Positions 1-9,279 of a stretch of 27,075 nt of DNA are shown here, in pieces. The notes under the pieces are model-generated. The model was not told the origin of the DNA. It saw only the letters and a list, made by a program, of their open reading frames with translations, and did no database searches. Position numbers and translations under genes: made by a program. Numbering within the stretch: position 1 is the first letter of the stretch; each line of letters opens with the position of its first letter. Origin of the DNA: a virus (Duplodnaviria > Caudoviricetes); the IMG/VR virus record IMGVR_UViG_3300025131_000341, positions 1-27,075 of that record. One strand, 5' to 3'.

Positions 1-2
1 GA

Positions 3-260
3 AGGTACGTCGGTGGGTCGAGTAACGATCTCGGGTTCAAGAGGTTGGAGAATGGGAAGTACCAGATCATCGTCTCCCAGTACGACAACAGCCACCTCGT
101 CACCAAGCACAACGGGGTCCGCGGCATGAAGTTCCAGGAGCTCTTTACCCAGGCAGCCTCTACTTCGAAAGTGATAGAGAACGCGAAGAAGAGAAATCTT
201 CGGGTAGAAATGCCTAAGAGCCTGAGGTGGGGAGAGCCTGTGAAGCTGAGCTTGGGCTAA
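3..260 (+). CDS. DUF1257-like protein, C-terminal part (5'-truncated by window edge)
   Basis: The frame is open from position 3, upstream of the ORF-track TTG at 45, and reads RYVGGSSNDLGFKRLENGKYQIIVSQYD...KVIENAKKRNLRVE...VKLSLG. This resembles the DUF1257 pattern (ND-hydrophobic-GF...G-x-Y...YD, helix, terminal strands) as I recall it. It converges on the tail tube gene. Confidence 0.6.
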   Translation, partial: RYVGGSSNDLGFKRLENGKYQIIVSQYDNSHLVTKHNGVRGMKFQELFTQAASTSKVIENAKKRNLRVEMPKSLRWGEPVKLSLG

Positions 261-261
261 C

Positions 262-1068
262 CTACAGCGGAGTAAGGGAAGCGTCCGAAGACATCCCGAA
301 TTCGGCCTGCTGGTTAGGAGCTGCGGTAACCAGGCTAACTGCGTTGGTGTTAATCGGGACAATCTCACCAGGAATGATAGTGATCGTTTCCTGGATGATC
401 AGACCCTGGGAATCCACCGCCATAGTATGAGTCGGAATCATGCACTGCTCGAGGTAGTAAGCCCCGACAGTGTTATCTTCCGTGTCCCGCATAAGCAACA
501 TGAGTCCAGTCGGGACGCGGAAGATATCCGACGCCAGGTTCAACCACAGGTTCTCGTACCCGGGCTGCTTGAATACTGCCGGGAGCTCATCTGTGAGGGA
601 AGGCCCGTACTCACTACCGGTACCACCAGTGGTGAAGGGCTGCAAGTACGCGGGGACCGAGCCACCAAACATATCTTTGATGGCATCGATTCCGCCTACT
701 TCGCCACCACCGGCAGTTGCGCCAGTGTAGTACCACGAGTACATAACCCGAAGCAGGGAAGGTCCGTGATAGACAATTCGGCCCAGAGTTACCTGGCGCA
801 CAGTTCGGCCACGGAAGAAGTAGCATTTCTCGCTACCAATTTCGTGAAGCTGCTGGACTGCCGAGTTCTGCGCTACCGCGAAGTTCTGTGCCAACCCGAT
901 GGGATACACATTGCTGGTCGCGGCATTCCCCAGAGCACTAAGGAACGGGGGACCCACGCACAGCAACGTATTTTTACCTGTGAGGTAGTTGTTGTCGCGG
1001 AGGCCACCTTGGACATGCTGATCCCACGGGTTCCAGTTTGAAGTTCCAAATACTTTATCTTCAGCCAT
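262..1068 (-). CDS. tail tube protein
   Basis: 268 aa with a GGAGG RBS. PIGLAQNFAVAQNSAVQQLHEIGS...GRTVRQVTLGRI and YYLEQCMIPTHTMAVDSQGLIIQETITI match contractile tail tube beta-sandwich motifs. Lies downstream of the sheath. Confidence 0.75.
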   Translation of the reverse strand: MAEDKVFGTSNWNPWDQHVQGGLRDNNYLTGKNTLLCVGPPFLSALGNAATSNVYPIGLAQNFAVAQNSAVQQLHEIGSEKCYFFRGRTVRQVTLGRIVYHGPSLLRVMYSWYYTGATAGGGEVGGIDAIKDMFGGSVPAYLQPFTTGGTGSEYGPSLTDELPAVFKQPGYENLWLNLASDIFRVPTGLMLLMRDTEDNTVGAYYLEQCMIPTHTMAVDSQGLIIQETITIIPGEIVPINTNAVSLVTAAPNQQAEFGMSSDASLTPL

Positions 1069-1094
1069 CTGTTAGGTCCTCCGTTAAAGGCTAA

Positions 1095-2177
1095 TTACAC
1101 CAGGGTGTAGTTGATGGTAACCAACAGGTCTTCCAGGTTTGGCGCGGCGGCAGCACCCACCAGGCTGAAGGAAAGTACATCGCCCGTAAGAATATCTGTC
1201 AAATTCTGATCCAGACCCAAGTCATCCATGGTATAGGCGGTGATGTCTATCCCAGCGGTGTATTGTTTTGCTGCCAATTTAAGGGTCTCGCCTGCCTGGG
1301 TCTTGTTGATGATGTTGATCGACCAGATGTTAGCGACGTGGCCCGTTAGACCATTGCTGCATGTGACGCCAACGGAAGTGATGGTGCAGTTGGCCGGTGC
1401 AACCCAGCAGGGGATGTCGTGCGGAGATCCCGCAATATCGCGGACCGGGTCAGACCAGGTGTCGGTCTTAGTTGTGTGCTTAGCAGCCAAGGTGACGACA
1501 CCAGCGTTAGTCATCGTAACATCGTTGCTCAGCGAGAATGCTGCAGCTGAGGTACCGTCACCAATCATAATGTTAGTGTCGGCAAGGGGAATCACTGTGG
1601 CGGTAGCTGCATCACCGATGAGCATACCCCCGACGACGCCCATGTCGAGCTTCGCAGCGGTAGTGCCATTCCCAATGAAAATCTCTCCGACACCCAAATT
1701 TACCGCGACAGCCGAGGTAGCGTCCCCTACCAGGAAGTCTCCGGCGGTGCCGATTGTAATCGCGGTTGCGGTAGCAGCATCCCCAACGAGGACTGCGCCA
1801 ACAGCACCCATATCGATTTTGGCCGCTGTAATGCCATCGCCGAGGAAGATCTCACCAACGGCTAGGTTGACGGCTACAGCCGAAGTAGCGTCACCAACGA
1901 GGAAATCCCCCGCGGTGCCGATGGCTACGGCTGACGCAGTGGCAGCGTCCCCAACCAGTACGTTACCAACACCCTTCATCACAAGTTCGGCCGGTAGGCT
2001 AGCGGCACCAATAAGAATGCTGCCAGTAGTCAGACCACCGACAATTCCGCCCAATGCGGCTTCCAAGAGAACAAACGCAGCATCTACGTCTGAACGTAGG
2101 TCACGGACAATTTCACTTCCCCGTTCCAGGTGGGGAATCGAAGCCACCTGGCCTCCAAAATAAGTGCTAGATCCCAT
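1095..2177 (-). CDS. repeat-containing structural protein (fibre/appendage-like) with C-terminal beta-sandwich domain
   Basis: 360 aa with an AGGAGG RBS. Central 18-19-aa G-x-x-hydrophobic-hydrophobic-G-D-x-x-(T/S)-A repeats, followed by a beta-rich C-terminal domain (WVAPANCTITSVGV...LLVTINY). Confidence 0.55.
   Translation of the reverse strand: MGSSTYFGGQVASIPHLERGSEIVRDLRSDVDAAFVLLEAALGGIVGGLTTGSILIGAASLPAELVMKGVGNVLVGDAATASAVAIGTAGDFLVGDATSAVAVNLAVGEIFLGDGITAAKIDMGAVGAVLVGDAATATAITIGTAGDFLVGDATSAVAVNLGVGEIFIGNGTTAAKLDMGVVGGMLIGDAATATVIPLADTNIMIGDGTSAAAFSLSNDVTMTNAGVVTLAAKHTTKTDTWSDPVRDIAGSPHDIPCWVAPANCTITSVGVTCSNGLTGHVANIWSINIINKTQAGETLKLAAKQYTAGIDITAYTMDDLGLDQNLTDILTGDVLSFSLVGAAAAPNLEDLLVTINYTLV
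1527..1979 (-). repeat. intragenic tandem repeat, 168-bp (56-aa) period, two full copies plus a partial third
   Basis: gccgaggtagcgtc at 1711 and gccgaagtagcgtc at 1879 are 168 bp apart. Protein units are MKGVGNVLVGDAATASAVAIGTAGDFLVGDATSAVAVNLAVGEIFLGDGITAAKID and MGAVGAVLVGDAATATAITIGTAGDFLVGDATSAVAVNLGVGEIFIGNGTTAAKLD. Confidence 0.9.
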
Positions 2178-2208
2178 CTTACTACCTCCTTAGAATCTCA
2201 TTAACCTT

Positions 2209-2235
2209 AACTTGCCCACCCGGGCGAGTTTATTA
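2209..2235. terminator. intergenic hairpin, possible terminator or mRNA-processing site
   Basis: aacttgccc-accc-gggcgagtt forms a 9-bp stem (one G-U pair on the + strand) followed by a T-rich run on +. It lies between the sheath and the repeat gene. Confidence 0.35.
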
Positions 2236-2247
2236 GGCACTAGTTAC

Positions 2248-5200
2248 CTACACAACCAGCGTAACCTTAATCTGGTTAGCTGGGTAGTACGGTGTTACTG
2301 AAATATCGACATACATAGTATCTGGCACCTGCGGGTCAATCCGAATTGAAGTAACCCCGATGTTCGAAACAATGCTACCACTCATCCCGTCAATGATCGT
2401 ACTGACCAGGATGCCGACATAGTCGAGGAAGGCCTTGGTAAGGTTGAACTTACCCGCCAATCCCTGCATCGATACCCGCAGGCGCTTAGTAATGTAATCA
2501 AGCACGTGCGTGACGGAAGCTTCCCGGGTCTGCAAAGAAGTCACGTCGGTAGTCAACTGGTGCCGGTTCTCCACTGCGGAGTACTGGTCCTGCTGAATCA
2601 GCCACCAAACTCCACCGCCGGCCGCAGTATCCATATCAGCCTGGGACAACAGATCCCAAGAACCGGAAATACTCTCGAGCCCAGCCAGAGTCAGTGTGCT
2701 GAAAGACTGCTGCGGGGGAGTCGAGGAGCAAAGGCCCGCTAGAGCTGCGCAAGCATACATGCCGTGGATCGACGTGGAAGCACCGTTCTGCAAGTAAGTT
2801 GCGGAGTCAGGCTGTACGTACCGAACTCGGCGGTATGCGTAAGACGTTGCTTTCGAGGCCAGAGCAGCAGCAAGCTGCGCGCGGCCAGTCGAAGTTGTAG
2901 TGTCGATAGCTGCCTGACGGATGTACAGAGTAACTGTCTCATCGTCGGCATCCCACGCGGCCGAAACGGACGGGAGTGTAGTTGAGTAGAAGTTGTCGTC
3001 ATTACCGGAGGTCCCTGGTCCCGAACCCGGAGCAAACCCGGTAGTGCGGAACTTCAGGATGTTCCCAGCGATAATCTCGGAGACGGAATACTTAAGAGCG
3101 TCGCCCTCACGAGTGCAGTACAGGCCATTGGCAATAGTCACTGAACCAAGGATCGGAACCGTGGCGCCAGTGGCATCCAATTCGCCGGACAAATTCGCTG
3201 CAATGTCGAAACCAGTAGTGAGATCCACAGCCAACTTGAAGGTATCAGCTGTAACATCGTAAGGATCGTCCTGGCCGGGAGCGGAACCTACAGTCGTAGG
3301 TACTTGCTCCGTTGGGGTATCTTCACAAACGAAGCATACGCGCTCACTCTTACCAGTAGTCGGGTCGGCCATGGCGGTGACGTGCGCATCGAGTAGGCCG
3401 TGTACAGCCGGGCTCTCGGACATCGGAGCGATAGCGTACACATTCGCCGACTGGATAAAGTCGAAGGCAGTTGCGTAGGCAGCCATGGTGCCATTGGGCA
3501 TCAGCGTAGAAGTAGCATCTACACCAAACGCTGATACCTGGATATTGGGTGCGTTCAGCATAGCCAGGTAGACACCGAGCGCCAGTGGGTTGCTCGAGCT
3601 TACCGGGCCGATTGCCGTATTCATCTCGGCGTAAGTCGAGTAGACCTGCACTGCTGGGCTCGCGCCCGAAACGGTGATGTCGGTACGCAGGGCAGTGTAG
3701 CCTGCGGCCAGATTGGCAGTGCTGTTGGAATACTCTACCCCACCAGCGTCGCGGTTAAGACCACCCTTCAGGGTAACCAACTGCGTGTTGTCGTTAAAGA
3801 TAGCCTCGGGCAGCGGCTTCGCTACCGTAGTATTGAGGAGTGTCCCATCGGTGGCTGCCCCGGTAATTCCCTGGGAACTGATGTACCAGGTACCCAGAGC
3901 AGTGCCCACCGTCGCGTTTTTCTCGGTTAGGTTGATATAACCATTTGTCATCGACTGCGCCCCAACGGCTGAGTCGGTCCACGTGACATTCGAGAAGGAG
4001 CTGATATCCCCAACGTAAGTACCGGCGTTGTACACCTTATCGCCAATCTGGGAGCGCACGGGATCACCCCGGAAGATGCGCCCCGTGTAATCGGTAGTCG
4101 CTGTGGAGTATGGTCCCCGGAAGAGCATGTTAACCGCGTCTCCGCTAAACTCGATGCTGGAGTCGAAACCCGCTAGGGTGCTGCACATAGCTGAGTCCAA
4201 CGCACAAGCGAGCACGTTACCTGTCGTTACTAGCAACCGGTACCCAACAGTTAGTGGCCCTGCGCCGGCCAGATTGGAGGCAAGGGTGATAACTCCGGTG
4301 CCTGCCGCGATCCCCGTTACCACTTCGTATACTCCGAAACCACTCCCTGCCGGAGCAGCAGCCCCGCCAGTGGGCCAGATCTGCACGTGCATCGTCCCCG
4401 CCGCTCTTTCTGCTTCGGCAAACGTGTGGGCTGGTACGTTCAGGGTACCATCGGTGAGCAGTGTGTTCACCAGAGTTCCCGTACCTGCGTATACTTCAGA
4501 CCCATACGTAAAGGCGTCGTTTGAGGTGAAGGCGAAAGGAGTACCGCCCGGGACCAAGGCATTGAGGGCTGTCGCAATATTAGCCTGCGAATCGCAAGTT
4601 GAGCTCGGCACGCCGCCGCCTACAAAGGTGTGCGAACGCTCCGGGCCGCCATTGACTCGTACTGTGAACGTACGGCCGGCGAGCGACTCGTTAGCGATCA
4701 GCGGGCCCGCGTCAACCGTAGAGGATTCACTCATTACATACGGATAGCCAAAGGTAGCCGAGGTCGCAGCGTAATTGTTGGGGTCTGCTCCGAAGTTGAG
4801 GAAGTACCGTTTATCATCAAGGTTGCCCCCCAGAATTGCAGTGCTCGTCCCTGACAAGTAAGAAATGGCTGTCCCGCCTACGGTAGTGTTTGGTCCGAAG
4901 AAGGACTCGATGTCTGCCTTCGCCAGCATAGCGGTATTGAGGCCAGCTGCTGTAACAAAGGAAGGAACATCTAGTGCCACCAGAGGGTCCCAGTCATTAG
5001 TCGCGTCAGATGTTGCGTATTCTATGTAAATAACCGGCTGAGTCAGAGCGAGTGGATCGGCTACTGGTGTGTGCACGTAGGGCAACGTATACGCACCACC
5101 GAGAGCGAAGGCAGCCAACTCAGTTTCGTTATCCGCGTCACTCATAGTCCAGCTAATAGAAGTATCGTCCGCCGGGGCAGCAAGACCGAGAGCTACAGCG

Positions 5201-6561
5201 GCGGTCGTTTGTAGCACAGCCCCATCTTCACCGCCAGGGCCCGTACCGGCGGAAATGGCGGAAATTAGATACCATCCCTGCTCCCAACCTTTGGACCCAA
5301 CTGCACCATCGTGCAGGTAAATGTACTTCCCGACGTCCCCGCCCGGACCGGCCACGAAGTCTCCGGTGCCGTGGACCCCGGCGGCCCCGCCTGTGCTGTA
5401 GAACGTGTCAGGATTCGAAGCAAAAGCAATCTGCCCATCATTAAGTACGGAATTTCCACCCCCGTCGAGGTCTACTTCGATGAACTTAACGGACACGAGG
5501 TTACCGAAGGCCCCACGAACCGAACCCGGTGTTACCGACTGGTCGGTAACATACTTCTGATAGCCGTGCCCCTCGAAGTGGTAATACGCGGAAGCAGTAA
5601 CACCATCGGCCGACAACTGTACATCGGCGTAAGCATGGCGCCCAGTCTGCAGCAATTGGTTCGATGTTGAGCCAGAACCAATGGGCCACAATAGCTGGTT
5701 GTTCGGGGAACGGGAGAGGTCCCACTCATTACCTGTTAAGGGAGTTGCGTTATACAAGGGCTTAGCGACCCCCACCGTAGTGGACCCGGAGTCGATAACC
5801 TCTCCGCAAGCCATATAGAAGTTCTCGGCTCCCAGGTAAGTGTGCGCGCTAGCTGAAAGAGCCCCGCCATTACCTCGGTTGTACGCAATCCCGACACGGT
5901 TGTACCGATTGCGGTTAATGGCGCTAGTGTCGCTCAAGGTAACGATGGTTCCCGCCCAAATACGTGCGATGTTGATGTTGTCGCCGTCGAACGTAAGGTA
6001 GCTAATAATCCCGCGGGTATCCGGAAGTGAGAGATACGGGAAGACAATGGGGTTATTCTCGTAGTCCCCATTCCCGTAGTAGCGGATGCTCTCAAAGGTG
6101 TTGAACGCAAGGATGGTATGCAAGTCAGTAGCGAGTCCCGTGCGGAACATGATACTGGCGGCGTCACCTGAGGAGACCGTTCGAACCGCGAGCTGCGTCG
6201 CTGATGGAGAGCTCCACACGGCGTACCCGGCGAAGCCCTCATTCAACTTCGAGACCATCGTAGCTGCCGACAGAGTACCGTAGGAGGTAAATGTGTACTC
6301 GCGATTAACACCGTCAATCTCAAGGTACACACTGTCCTGCGCGGCGCTGACGACGAAAGTCGCGCCTACAGCACCACTGGCAATACGAGCCGGTAGCGAC
6401 AGCGATGCACTGCTGTTGAGCGAACCATCGGAATCCTGCATCTCGATGATCTGGTAACAAGGTCCGACGATGCATGCCGGAAAGGTGGGACTGAAGATCG
6501 TAGGTGTTACCGTCGACAGTACCTGCTGTATTTGAAGTCCGGGCTGTGGGATCGAAGCCAT
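2248..6561 (-). CDS. contractile tail sheath protein with very large insertion domains
   Basis: The N-terminus PGLQIQQV...PACIVG and the C-terminal core (YAIAPMS, ERVCFV, ACAALAGL, NRHQLTT...REASVTHVLDY, PDTMYVDISVTPYYPANQIKVTL) are typical of sheath proteins. 1437 aa. Confidence 0.88.
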   Translation of the reverse strand: MASIPQPGLQIQQVLSTVTPTIFSPTFPACIVGPCYQIIEMQDSDGSLNSSASLSLPARIASGAVGATFVVSAAQDSVYLEIDGVNREYTFTSYGTLSAATMVSKLNEGFAGYAVWSSPSATQLAVRTVSSGDAASIMFRTGLATDLHTILAFNTFESIRYYGNGDYENNPIVFPYLSLPDTRGIISYLTFDGDNINIARIWAGTIVTLSDTSAINRNRYNRVGIAYNRGNGGALSASAHTYLGAENFYMACGEVIDSGSTTVGVAKPLYNATPLTGNEWDLSRSPNNQLLWPIGSGSTSNQLLQTGRHAYADVQLSADGVTASAYYHFEGHGYQKYVTDQSVTPGSVRGAFGNLVSVKFIEVDLDGGGNSVLNDGQIAFASNPDTFYSTGGAAGVHGTGDFVAGPGGDVGKYIYLHDGAVGSKGWEQGWYLISAISAGTGPGGEDGAVLQTTAAVALGLAAPADDTSISWTMSDADNETELAAFALGGAYTLPYVHTPVADPLALTQPVIYIEYATSDATNDWDPLVALDVPSFVTAAGLNTAMLAKADIESFFGPNTTVGGTAISYLSGTSTAILGGNLDDKRYFLNFGADPNNYAATSATFGYPYVMSESSTVDAGPLIANESLAGRTFTVRVNGGPERSHTFVGGGVPSSTCDSQANIATALNALVPGGTPFAFTSNDAFTYGSEVYAGTGTLVNTLLTDGTLNVPAHTFAEAERAAGTMHVQIWPTGGAAAPAGSGFGVYEVVTGIAAGTGVITLASNLAGAGPLTVGYRLLVTTGNVLACALDSAMCSTLAGFDSSIEFSGDAVNMLFRGPYSTATTDYTGRIFRGDPVRSQIGDKVYNAGTYVGDISSFSNVTWTDSAVGAQSMTNGYINLTEKNATVGTALGTWYISSQGITGAATDGTLLNTTVAKPLPEAIFNDNTQLVTLKGGLNRDAGGVEYSNSTANLAAGYTALRTDITVSGASPAVQVYSTYAEMNTAIGPVSSSNPLALGVYLAMLNAPNIQVSAFGVDATSTLMPNGTMAAYATAFDFIQSANVYAIAPMSESPAVHGLLDAHVTAMADPTTGKSERVCFVCEDTPTEQVPTTVGSAPGQDDPYDVTADTFKLAVDLTTGFDIAANLSGELDATGATVPILGSVTIANGLYCTREGDALKYSVSEIIAGNILKFRTTGFAPGSGPGTSGNDDNFYSTTLPSVSAAWDADDETVTLYIRQAAIDTTTSTGRAQLAAALASKATSYAYRRVRYVQPDSATYLQNGASTSIHGMYACAALAGLCSSTPPQQSFSTLTLAGLESISGSWDLLSQADMDTAAGGGVWWLIQQDQYSAVENRHQLTTDVTSLQTREASVTHVLDYITKRLRVSMQGLAGKFNLTKAFLDYVGILVSTIIDGMSGSIVSNIGVTSIRIDPQVPDTMYVDISVTPYYPANQIKVTLVV

Positions 6562-6564
6562 GGT

Positions 6565-7218
6565 TTAACTCCCTCCATTCAACAAAGTTTCCATGCGCAT
6601 TGTAATATACTGGATCATGGGTTGAAAAGCCTCCTCGCCTGCGGAACCTAGATATAAGGTATCCTTTATCAGGAAAGGAGCCTGTATGACGACCATTTTC
6701 CATTCAGAGGCTGAAGACCCCTGAACGAGTGCTCCGGCAGAAGTTTCCTGCCCTATCACCATATTGTTGACAACGCCGTGGATCCCCATCTTCTGGAGAA
6801 TCTTCTCGAAGACGGGAACCATGCGGAAGATGAAGTAAGCGAGCCTGCGAGCCTCGGCCCCCTCGCGCGCAATGCAATTAATGGAGAAGGAAGCGCTGAT
6901 GAGACCCTGGAAGTAAATCTCGTTCTGATTGAGGAAGTTCCCGGTCGTCAGCTGCTGCGACATACCAGACCCGGTCCAGGTGCTCGACCCGAGTTGGGTT
7001 ACGAGCATCGGGCGGGTATTCGGCGATTCCATGTTCTGCGGCGCCTGGTCAATAATGATGATGTCGGTGTCTGACTGGTTGCTAGTCCAACGAAAATCCC
7101 CCACCGGCCGAGCGCTAAAGAGCGACTTCAACCAGGATACCCAGGCGCGGACCGCGTCATTCAACACGTCCGGGATCGGGTCGTTAAAGGGGTGATACGC
7201 TGGCATCGCACTACTCAC
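6565..7218 (-). CDS. putative tail terminator / tail completion protein
   Basis: 217 aa, immediately upstream of the sheath. RPMLVTQLG and SFSINCIAREGAEARRLAYFI fit the alpha/beta pattern of tail-terminator proteins. The call rests mainly on position. Confidence 0.55.
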   Translation of the reverse strand: MSSAMPAYHPFNDPIPDVLNDAVRAWVSWLKSLFSARPVGDFRWTSNQSDTDIIIIDQAPQNMESPNTRPMLVTQLGSSTWTGSGMSQQLTTGNFLNQNEIYFQGLISASFSINCIAREGAEARRLAYFIFRMVPVFEKILQKMGIHGVVNNMVIGQETSAGALVQGSSASEWKMVVIQAPFLIKDTLYLGSAGEEAFQPMIQYITMRMETLLNGGS

Positions 7219-7764
7219 TTACTCTCCTTTCTTAGGATGGTAGCCGTACTTCTTGTCCATGTGGACGCCTAGAAGGCCGAGCCCAGCGCCACCTACACCC
7301 AACCCCAGCGCTGCAAGAAGCCTACGGGATTTCGGCATCCGCCGGATTCGTGCAGATACTCGAGGAAGAAGCATCTTGGCACCCGTCGCCCCAATTCCAC
7401 CACCTATGGCTACAGCCAATGCTGCTTCGTGCTTCGTCAATTTCCGACGACCCTGAGTCTGCTGCGGTTGTCTAACAGCGGCAACCACGGTTTTGCCCGC
7501 GGAGGCAGGAGCAGGTGCACGCTTAAGGACCCGGTTATATGAACCGAGACTTCTCGCCAAATTCTTGTTGTCAGCCATGGGGGGTGCTAAATCCTGCCCG
7601 GACCCAATGCCGGCTGCTTGCTCCGGGTTGTCGCCCTGTTTATTCTGGGCTTGCATGTCCACGCGAGTCTCGGGGGTGCCAGAGCCTTTGTATCCGCCAT
7701 GGAATCTGCGGAAGCTAAGCTTCACCAATGTCTCTTCCAGCACTTGTTCCGGTGTAAGACTCAT
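7219..7764 (-). CDS. basic protein with acidic leader (..LEETLVKLS) and two Gly-rich hydrophobic segments; putative internal head/ejection protein
   Basis: 181 aa, translationally coupled on both sides. AALAVAIGGGIGATGA and LLAALGLGVGGAGLGLLGV are flanked by K/R clusters. Confidence 0.5.
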   Translation of the reverse strand: MSLTPEQVLEETLVKLSFRRFHGGYKGSGTPETRVDMQAQNKQGDNPEQAAGIGSGQDLAPPMADNKNLARSLGSYNRVLKRAPAPASAGKTVVAAVRQPQQTQGRRKLTKHEAALAVAIGGGIGATGAKMLLPRVSARIRRMPKSRRLLAALGLGVGGAGLGLLGVHMDKKYGYHPKKGE

Positions 7765-8657
7765 AATCGGTATGCCCCCCGCAATGCATCGTACGTGGGA
7801 TCCTTGTCGTTGCCAACATCCTGAGGATTCGTGAAGAGTCGCTGGGGACCTGGGAAGAGCGCGATCTGCTCCGCATCGGTCAGGTTGAGCGGCAACTGGT
7901 ACTCAATGTCACCTTTCGGGATCGCATGGAGAGGGAAGTCCTGACGGATGAGCCCACGACCCTTCTCCACTTTCCGTATACCCTCACCTACCCGCCACCT
8001 ACGATTCTCGGAATCGACCACCAGCCACTTAGGGTGAATTTCCGGGTAATTTGCCAGGCGACCGGTAGCGTTGATGTTCTGCATCTCTCCGAGGTCCGCG
8101 GAAGTAGTCGCCTCCGGGGGAGTAATGATCTGGAGGTAAAGCTCCATAGGTTGGTGGAATCCACCAACCCAGCTGGTGTCGTAGCAATTCAAGCAACGTG
8201 ACTTCGTCTTCCGGAGGGTCACGCTATCAGTGCAGACCGAGCAACGCTGGCCAAAAGTACGTGAGGGGAACACCCAGGCTAGTCTACCAACAAATTCCTG
8301 GAGCCGGATCTGGAAGTTCCTCGCCATCTCCATAGCCATGAGGTCCAGCTCAGCTCGCATGGTAACGCCACCCTGCGGTGGGAAGTAGAGGGTGTCTGCA
8401 CGCTTCTTATCTACTACCCGAAGGCGGTAGAACCATTGGCGGTATTGGGACTTCTGGCCCCGCAGTGTGCGATCTCGGAACCGGAAGGCATCCGTGAAAG
8501 GACCCGCGAGGGTAACGTAACCACTGTGCTCGTGGTCACTGCGTTCAATGTAAAAATCATAATCGAATAAATCTTCAGAGGTGGGGGCAATCTCCCAGTG
8601 GAGGTCAAGATAGTCCAGATCGAAGCTCCGGACTTTCAAATTTACAACTTCTAGCAT
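7761..8657 (-). CDS. putative head-closure/neck protein with N-terminal FN3-like domain and CxxC..CxxC Zn motif
   Basis: 298 aa. LKVRSFDLDYLDLHWE...FYIERS...WFYRLR follows the FN3 pattern, and QRCSVC...SRCLNCYDTSWVGGF is a paired-Cys motif. Sits between the adaptor and the tail terminator. Confidence 0.55.
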   Translation of the reverse strand: MLEVVNLKVRSFDLDYLDLHWEIAPTSEDLFDYDFYIERSDHEHSGYVTLAGPFTDAFRFRDRTLRGQKSQYRQWFYRLRVVDKKRADTLYFPPQGGVTMRAELDLMAMEMARNFQIRLQEFVGRLAWVFPSRTFGQRCSVCTDSVTLRKTKSRCLNCYDTSWVGGFHQPMELYLQIITPPEATTSADLGEMQNINATGRLANYPEIHPKWLVVDSENRRWRVGEGIRKVEKGRGLIRQDFPLHAIPKGDIEYQLPLNLTDAEQIALFPGPQRLFTNPQDVGNDKDPTYDALRGAYRL

Positions 8658-8682
8658 TGACCCTTCCCTTCATCGTCCATTA

Positions 8683-9279
8683 CTACTTCGCCTTCGAGGC
8701 GTATTTCGCATATGCCGGTTGTTGCTTTTTACGGCCAAAGAGCAACTTTGCTCCACCCAGGCCTGCAAGAGCTCCACCACCCGCTACACCGAGCGCCGGG
8801 TTATCCTTCACGGCAGCCTTAGCTCCGTGGAAAGCCTTGGTCAACATGTTCCCACCGCTTGCCGACCCGGTTCGGTAGCTGCGCTGGATTCGCTTGCCCA
8901 TACCTTTCAGGGCCTTGGTGCGATCAACAACTGCTTTACCAGACTTACCGGTAACCAGGGCCTTCAGAGCTCGGAGACCTTTACCCAGGTACGGCTTCAA
9001 GGCCTCGGACCAAACTCCGGCTTCCTTCACCATCTCAGGACTGATTCGCTCGTTCGCCCCGACACTCATGATAAAGGCCACCTTCACCAGAAGGTCTTCA
9101 CTGAGTTCTCCTTCGGGAAGCTCGGTAACTTCGTCAGGGGTAAACACTGCGGCAGACTTTACCATCTCCAACTCGTCGCGGGTCATTGAGCCAACCAGCG
9201 CCGCCAGTTTCGTTTTATGGTTAGAGTCCTGCTGTTGGTTGACCTGGCAATCGTTAAGGTATTGGCTAAGGATATCCAT
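8683..9279 (-). CDS. bipartite protein: acidic N-half with KxA sites plus cationic amphipathic, Gly-rich C-half; putative internal head protein
   Basis: 198 aa. KLAA, KSAA, KVAF and KEAG fall in the first 88 aa, followed by GVWSEALKPYLGKGLRALKALV...NPALGVAGGGALAGLGGAKLLFGRKK. Confidence 0.55.
   Translation of the reverse strand: MDILSQYLNDCQVNQQQDSNHKTKLAALVGSMTRDELEMVKSAAVFTPDEVTELPEGELSEDLLVKVAFIMSVGANERISPEMVKEAGVWSEALKPYLGKGLRALKALVTGKSGKAVVDRTKALKGMGKRIQRSYRTGSASGGNMLTKAFHGAKAAVKDNPALGVAGGGALAGLGGAKLLFGRKKQQPAYAKYASKAK

Noticed and set aside
262-7218. Extracellular contractile injection system, tailocin or T6SS interpretation of the sheath and tube
   Set aside because: Terminase, prohead protease and major capsid genes are in the same gene block, so this is a DNA-packaging phage.
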